A model generated the notes under the pieces. The model ran no database searches and was not told the origin of the DNA. It saw only the letters and a list, made by a program, of their open reading frames with translations. The translations under genes were made by a program, and so were the position numbers. A DNA stretch of 63,994 bases, filler included, from Fonticula-like sp. SCN 57-25 (Eukaryota): NCBI GenBank assembly GCA_001724245.1. It is 4 parts of 4 records of this genome, joined end to end, with 100 filler letters (N's around TTAATTAATTAA, not from the genome) between each part and the next. Parts side by side here need not be neighbours in the genome. Positions count along the whole stretch, not along the records: positions 53,451 to 63,994 come from MEDX01000227.1; 3 more parts are not named here. One strand, 5' to 3'. Positions 59,666 to 63,994 of this stretch are shown piece after piece (positions within the stretch are counted from its first letter, which is position 1; every line of letters begins with the position of its first letter).

Positions 59666-61357
59666 ATGGATATCGCACAACAAGATGCAAACGACGACGT
59701 CTGTATAGTGCAAAACGTTGCATTACTGATGCCCAAAAAACACTACAGCGCGGCCAATTTGGACATTTCGACGCCCGAAAAGTATTACTTTAACGAGAAG
59801 ATTATAGTAAACGCCATAAGGGAAGAATCTGAGATTGTCACACTACCCATGCGATTTTATTGGCTCGATCCGGAGCCTTACTCCGAAGAAGGTCTTCAAC
59901 GTATGGCAAACTACAAAATGCGCACCGCTGCTAAAAGAAACAAGAAAAGGAGGCGATCGGAGCAAAAGGACGACCCTAATAAGAAAATGAAAATTACCCG
60001 CGAGAGCGACGCAAAGATCAACACTAACGTTCTATCGTCGGGTAATTCGCACGGAGAGAAATTTTCTAGAATGTTTTCGAGACAAGACGATCCTGTGCCA
60101 GTCGGTAACGAAGACTGTAGTAACAACAATAACACCAACACCAACTCCTCGGTTCAAGAAGATGATGATGCCTCGAATAACGACGAAAAGAGTTCCAGCG
60201 ACGAAAATAGCGAAGAGAAGGATGAAAAGGAGCCTCCAGAGCCCATTACTCAATGGAACAAACTCATGTGTCGGTGTCCACTTCACGTTAACCTCAGACG
60301 CAAAGGTGACGATTGTGAAAAGATTCCCGATTTCAAATGCATCGAGTTTCTCATAAGAAGTCATTACGATATATTTTTCGAGCGCATGGAACAACCCTTC
60401 GAAGAGGGTCCCAATAACGCGAGACCCAGACCTAATGCCATGATAATCGGTATAAGCACCGCAAAGTGGGACGAGCTTTTGAACGAGCATTTCGTCAACA
60501 ACAAAGAGAACGAAGACAATACCGATTGGTCTTACCCTTGCAGTTGGATTATAGGTCAAAGATTTTCTAGAATGATGCGCAATTATCGCATCGATTACAT
60601 ATTTCCGAGGAACACCGAGGACACACCTCATCGCGAACGAAGAAAACTCAACGGAGAGCTGTACAATCCGTCCTCGCGACACACCTTCTACGATATCAAC
60701 GTGCCTCGTGTTATCCCTATTTGGTTTTTGCCTCTCATCGTGGCGTTGTACTCAAACCACTACTTGATGCTTCCCAACAACCCCATGGAGATGCTCGCAG
60801 TCTGTCAAAATCACTTGGATGCGATATTTTTACAAAATGAAAATCTCTCCGAAGTCAAAATCAAAGCCATCCAGTGCGCTCGAGCCGAATTGCACAAAGT
60901 TTCCGGGTTGATCATGCGCATGGAACCCATGGACGGATATTTCATCAAATCTCACATTAAAAGCTGTCACGCGATGATCGCCGGTAATTACAAGCAATTC
61001 AAATCGTACGACTACCTGTGGAAAATGTCGCACGAAAATGCCAAAAAAGTGGTCGATCAAGGAGAAGAAATCAAGATTCTAAAGAAGAAAGTGGCCGCAT
61101 TGGAACGCGAAAAAGAGCGCATCGAATCGGAGAGAGAAGAGACACTCCTCTCCAAATTGGTCGCAAAATTGGACTCCAGGTACGACTCTAGGTACGCCAA
61201 CAAAAAAGAGTTCGAGGCCCTCGAAGAAGATTGCGTAGATAAGGAGGCCTTTGGCGTCGTGAGCGATTTTTGCATTGAATTGAAGCAAACGTGTGTAGAT
61301 TTAAAGAAGAAACAAAAGAAATTGTCGCGCGGCGAATCCGGTAATAAAAAGAAATGA
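59666..61357 (+). CDS. Hypothetical protein, 563 aa, with an NLS-like basic patch and a C-terminal coiled coil
   Basis: KRNKKRRR, an N/S/E low-complexity linker and a terminal heptad region. Confidence 0.8.
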   Translation: MDIAQQDANDDVCIVQNVALLMPKKHYSAANLDISTPEKYYFNEKIIVNAIREESEIVTLPMRFYWLDPEPYSEEGLQRMANYKMRTAAKRNKKRRRSEQKDDPNKKMKITRESDAKINTNVLSSGNSHGEKFSRMFSRQDDPVPVGNEDCSNNNNTNTNSSVQEDDDASNNDEKSSSDENSEEKDEKEPPEPITQWNKLMCRCPLHVNLRRKGDDCEKIPDFKCIEFLIRSHYDIFFERMEQPFEEGPNNARPRPNAMIIGISTAKWDELLNEHFVNNKENEDNTDWSYPCSWIIGQRFSRMMRNYRIDYIFPRNTEDTPHRERRKLNGELYNPSSRHTFYDINVPRVIPIWFLPLIVALYSNHYLMLPNNPMEMLAVCQNHLDAIFLQNENLSEVKIKAIQCARAELHKVSGLIMRMEPMDGYFIKSHIKSCHAMIAGNYKQFKSYDYLWKMSHENAKKVVDQGEEIKILKKKVAALEREKERIESEREETLLSKLVAKLDSRYDSRYANKKEFEALEEDCVDKEAFGVVSDFCIELKQTCVDLKKKQKKLSRGESGNKKK

Positions 61358-61409
61358 AGCAACGTGTTTGCATTGTGGGTTTTTTTTTTCTCTCTCTCTC
61401 TGTCTTTCT

Positions 61410-62441
61410 CTAAACGAGGTCTTTTATAACTTCATCTTGAGGTCTGTACAAATCTGCCAAGAGCAGAAGCATGGTTTCTCTCCCTTCGTTGCAAAAGCTG
61501 AGCGCTGTCTGGTAGCAAGGCATGGAAGAACGGTGCTTAATAAATAAATATCGGACGACGGACTGATGGCAGTTTCGTATCGCCCATTGAAGTGCAGAGT
61601 GTTCGTAAACGGGGTCCATTTCGATGCAGAACATGTCGTCGACTTGGTCTTGTCTGAATTCAGTGTACTCTTCGAAGGACAAATCGCCGGCGCAACTCTC
61701 TTCGCTCGAAGAACCGTAAGAAGGGCTCTTGGTGCCCTTTTCGTCCACCCATTGTACGTACAAGGAAGTCTTTACGTCTCTCGATCTGGCGCTGGGTATG
61801 TTCTCTTGTTCCATGTAGAACCACTGGTAAGTGCTGGGGTGCCAAGTGGAAACGTCGACGCGAGGATCGTCGCAAAGAGCTCTCACGATCGACAAGTGTC
61901 CCTTTCCGCAAGCCCATATCAGAGCGGCAGATTTATCGTGAGATGGATCCACGCGAAGGTCCAACAATAACAATCGAACGATGCTCTCGCGTCCAGTTTC
62001 GCATGCCACGATCAACGGCAAGTTCTCGGGGTAACTGGGGTCGACGCGCGAGTCCATCAACAGCATTTTTACGGTTTCTTTGCTGCCTGCCATGATGGCA
62101 GATAACAGGGCTTCGTTGCCGTTGTGACTGGGGTCTACCAAGTTGCTCTCTAGAAATCTGGAGACGACAGAGGCGTGTCCACCTTTGCAAGCTTCCACGA
62201 AAGATGTGTGGTCGGGGAGCAGTGGGTCCACCGTAGGATTGTTCATCAAAAACTCCAATACTTTGTAAAATCCGTATCGCGAAGCGAGTTGGGAAGTTAT
62301 GGAGGGTTCCGACGCGGGACTGCTCTTGACCATTTCCATGGCGCCTTCTTCATCTCCGTACTCGCACATATCGGTCAAAATGACCTCGTAGTCGGTCGGA
62401 TTGCGCGAGTTGAAGTAGTTGCAAAGTTGTATATTTGCCAT
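61410..62441 (-). CDS. Ankyrin-repeat protein (D-x-RVDPS type)
   Basis: Repeats ACKGGHASVV..VDPS, AIMAGSKETVKMLLMDSRVDPS, ACETGRESIVRLLLLDLRVDPS, ACGKGHLSIV..DPRVD; ATG 62441 is in a GCCATGG context. Confidence 0.9.
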   Translation of the reverse strand: MANIQLCNYFNSRNPTDYEVILTDMCEYGDEEGAMEMVKSSPASEPSITSQLASRYGFYKVLEFLMNNPTVDPLLPDHTSFVEACKGGHASVVSRFLESNLVDPSHNGNEALLSAIMAGSKETVKMLLMDSRVDPSYPENLPLIVACETGRESIVRLLLLDLRVDPSHDKSAALIWACGKGHLSIVRALCDDPRVDVSTWHPSTYQWFYMEQENIPSARSRDVKTSLYVQWVDEKGTKSPSYGSSSEESCAGDLSFEEYTEFRQDQVDDMFCIEMDPVYEHSALQWAIRNCHQSVVRYLFIKHRSSMPCYQTALSFCNEGRETMLLLLADLYRPQDEVIKDLV

Positions 62442-62596
62442 GGCAAAATAAAGTTTATAAAGAAAGCCGTGACGCTTGGGAAAAAGTGGATCACATAATT
62501 TATTACACGTGAGAGTTTTTTTTACACTGCAAACGATCAAAAAAATCCATGACTAACTCCACGGTTTTTTTTTAATCTCCCGGTGTGGCAGATTGC

Positions 62597-63994
62597 TCAT
62601 AGAATGTTGTTGTCCCGATAAAACTTGTTCACGATGATGCTGGTCTTGAAATGCCTCTTTTGCACGTCGTCCAGGAGATATATACCATCGTAAGATCTAC
62701 ACCTCGAAAATGCGACGTACATTTGCCCCTCGGCAAAGCTCCTTCCACCCTTGACGATGGCGTAATCTAGGGTGGCAGATTGACTCTTGTGAATGGATAT
62801 TGCCCACGCCAATTGTAGGGGCCATTGGATTCTTCTGATGGCCTTGTTGGGAATGTTGAAACCACCACCGCCTCCAGATGGGCTGTTGATCTTGGGGCGA
62901 CCACTGTCGTCGTAATTGCTCTTCAAGAACGAACCAAAATGACTAAGCAACTTGTTGGGATCGTTGGTGGTTCCCTTGGAAATGAACCAATCGTCGAGTG
63001 ATATGGTGTTCGAAGTGGCTGGGTCGTCTTCTTCTTTGGACTTTTTGACGGGAACAGAAGTCCAACCGAGCTTTTTGATCGTGTGCAAGCGACCATCGCA
63101 GTCTAGTTTGACCGTAATGTAATCGTCTCCTAGTTTCTTCTTTTTACCGGGTTCTACCTCGGCAATGTGAATCTCTTGGACTGTTCCCATGCGTCCGTTG
63201 ACGAGCACGCTGTCAATGTTAAAATTTATCATGACGCGCGCCCCCACTTTCAGAACTATGCGCGGTAAAAATCTGCACGTCTTGAAGCCTTCTGCAATGA
63301 CTTTCTCGTCGGTGAGTTTCATCCATTTGTTGCGTGACTTGTCGTAGATCGAATCCTCCGACTCGAACACGTACTCTTCACCCTTCAATTCGGACAATCT
63401 ACTACAGTTGATCGTTTCGGCTTCTTCGTTCAGTGCGGTGAGTACCACGGCCCGTTTAATCTTTTCGGAGTGCTCGGTCTTGGCCACGAGCTCTACTTGG
63501 TCTTCTCCTTCTTCTTCTATTTGTTCCTCTTCGTCAAAAATACCTTGCGGTAGTTTGTTGGGCAACATGCGGTGTTTCATGTGCCTCTTGTTCATGCATT
63601 CGATCATCTTATCGTTAATCTTGCACGCTCTGACGCACTGCAAAAAGTTCTTCCACGAATCGTCTCCCGATTGGCGGTAGTTGACAGTCAGATTGACGAT
63701 CGTCATGTCTAGTTTCTTCCACAGCTCCGAAGTGAAGCAAAACTCGTCGTTCACGGGAGGCAATTGGTAGAAATCACCTACGAACACCACGTTTCTACCA
63801 CCAAATGGGGCTGTGATGGATCCAATGTACTTGGTAATGGCCTCTTTGTCCATCTTGATCTTGGCGGGCTTTTTGTTCTTGTAATTGTTATTGGTGCGCT
63901 TGTCGTCGTTCTTTTTCTTCGAGTTCGTGCCCTTGGTGTCCAAATAGACTTGTCTTGCAGCAAAAAGGTAGGAAGCGTTGAAAGAGGCCCGTTC
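62597..63994 (-). CDS. PIF1: PIF1-family SF1B DNA helicase, N-terminus beyond the window
   Basis: PFGGRNVVFVGDFYQLPPV, LTVNYRQ, LKVGARVMINFNID..LVNGRMG, QWPLQLAWAISIHKSQ, FAEGQMYVAFSR; frame is open to base 63994. Confidence 0.93.
   Translation of the reverse strand, partial: ERASFNASYLFAARQVYLDTKGTNSKKKNDDKRTNNNYKNKKPAKIKMDKEAITKYIGSITAPFGGRNVVFVGDFYQLPPVNDEFCFTSELWKKLDMTIVNLTVNYRQSGDDSWKNFLQCVRACKINDKMIECMNKRHMKHRMLPNKLPQGIFDEEEQIEEEGEDQVELVAKTEHSEKIKRAVVLTALNEEAETINCSRLSELKGEEYVFESEDSIYDKSRNKWMKLTDEKVIAEGFKTCRFLPRIVLKVGARVMINFNIDSVLVNGRMGTVQEIHIAEVEPGKKKKLGDDYITVKLDCDGRLHTIKKLGWTSVPVKKSKEEDDPATSNTISLDDWFISKGTTNDPNKLLSHFGSFLKSNYDDSGRPKINSPSGGGGGFNIPNKAIRRIQWPLQLAWAISIHKSQSATLDYAIVKGGRSFAEGQMYVAFSRCRSYDGIYLLDDVQKRHFKTSIIVNKFYRDNNIL

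Larger units (their letters stand above)
53451..63994. other. Compositionally distinct intronless contig, putative large DNA virus fragment (Nucleocytoviricota- or mirusvirus-like)
   Basis: Sharp drop in GC; nine intronless, densely packed ORFs; poly(A)/poly(T) spacers; several ORFans mixed with eukaryote-type genes (Snf7, PIF1, ankyrin, TMEM8). No capsid or polymerase hallmark is in view. Confidence 0.68.

Noticed and set aside
62433-62448. Palindrome TTTGCCATGGCAAA over the ankyrin start codon
   Set aside because: It is largely explained by the self-complementary GCCATGGC Kozak context, also present at the Snf7 start.
53451-63994. Assignment to a specific virus family by promoter motif (AAAATTGA, AAATATTT)
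   Set aside because: I found no intergenic AAAATTGA and only one intergenic AAATATTT (~55004), which is too little in AT-rich DNA.

Overview
This window is not one locus. It is four sequences joined by 100-bp artificial spacers (N44-TTAATTAATTAA-N44 at 18019-18118, 35846-35945 and 53351-53450). Segments 1-3 (1-53350, GC-rich by eye) come from a compact, intron-rich microbial eukaryote. Its gene set and intron style suggest an early-branching opisthokont or relative (inference). They hold about 20 genes: SOS-like RasGEF, a ~13-kb HECT E3 ligase, UTP14, UGGT, TFG, DCAF1, a Glu/Leu-dehydrogenase-like protein, ALDH3, RPS23, ARP6, HELLS, an ACF1/Itc1-like protein, an SLMAP-like FHA protein and riboflavin synthase. 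Introns are mostly ~40-60 nt. Segment 4 (53451-63994) is much more AT-rich, intronless, gene-dense and half unrecognisable, and looks like a fragment of a large DNA virus, although no viral hallmark gene is in view. The top candidate for a new system is its membrane-remodelling cluster: a stand-alone TMEM8/PGAP6/myomaker-family 7TM protein, an internally duplicated ORFan with a PP1-docking motif, an ESCRT-III Snf7 homologue and a Cys-rich type II membrane protein. Host-side highlights are 5' splice sites that apparently never carry A at +4, a structured RPS23 intron, a dehydrogenase lacking its catalytic lysine, an E. coli-type riboflavin synthase with introns, and an E2F-motif-flanked trio of chromatin-remodeller genes. 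All family calls are from motif recognition by eye; no searches were run.
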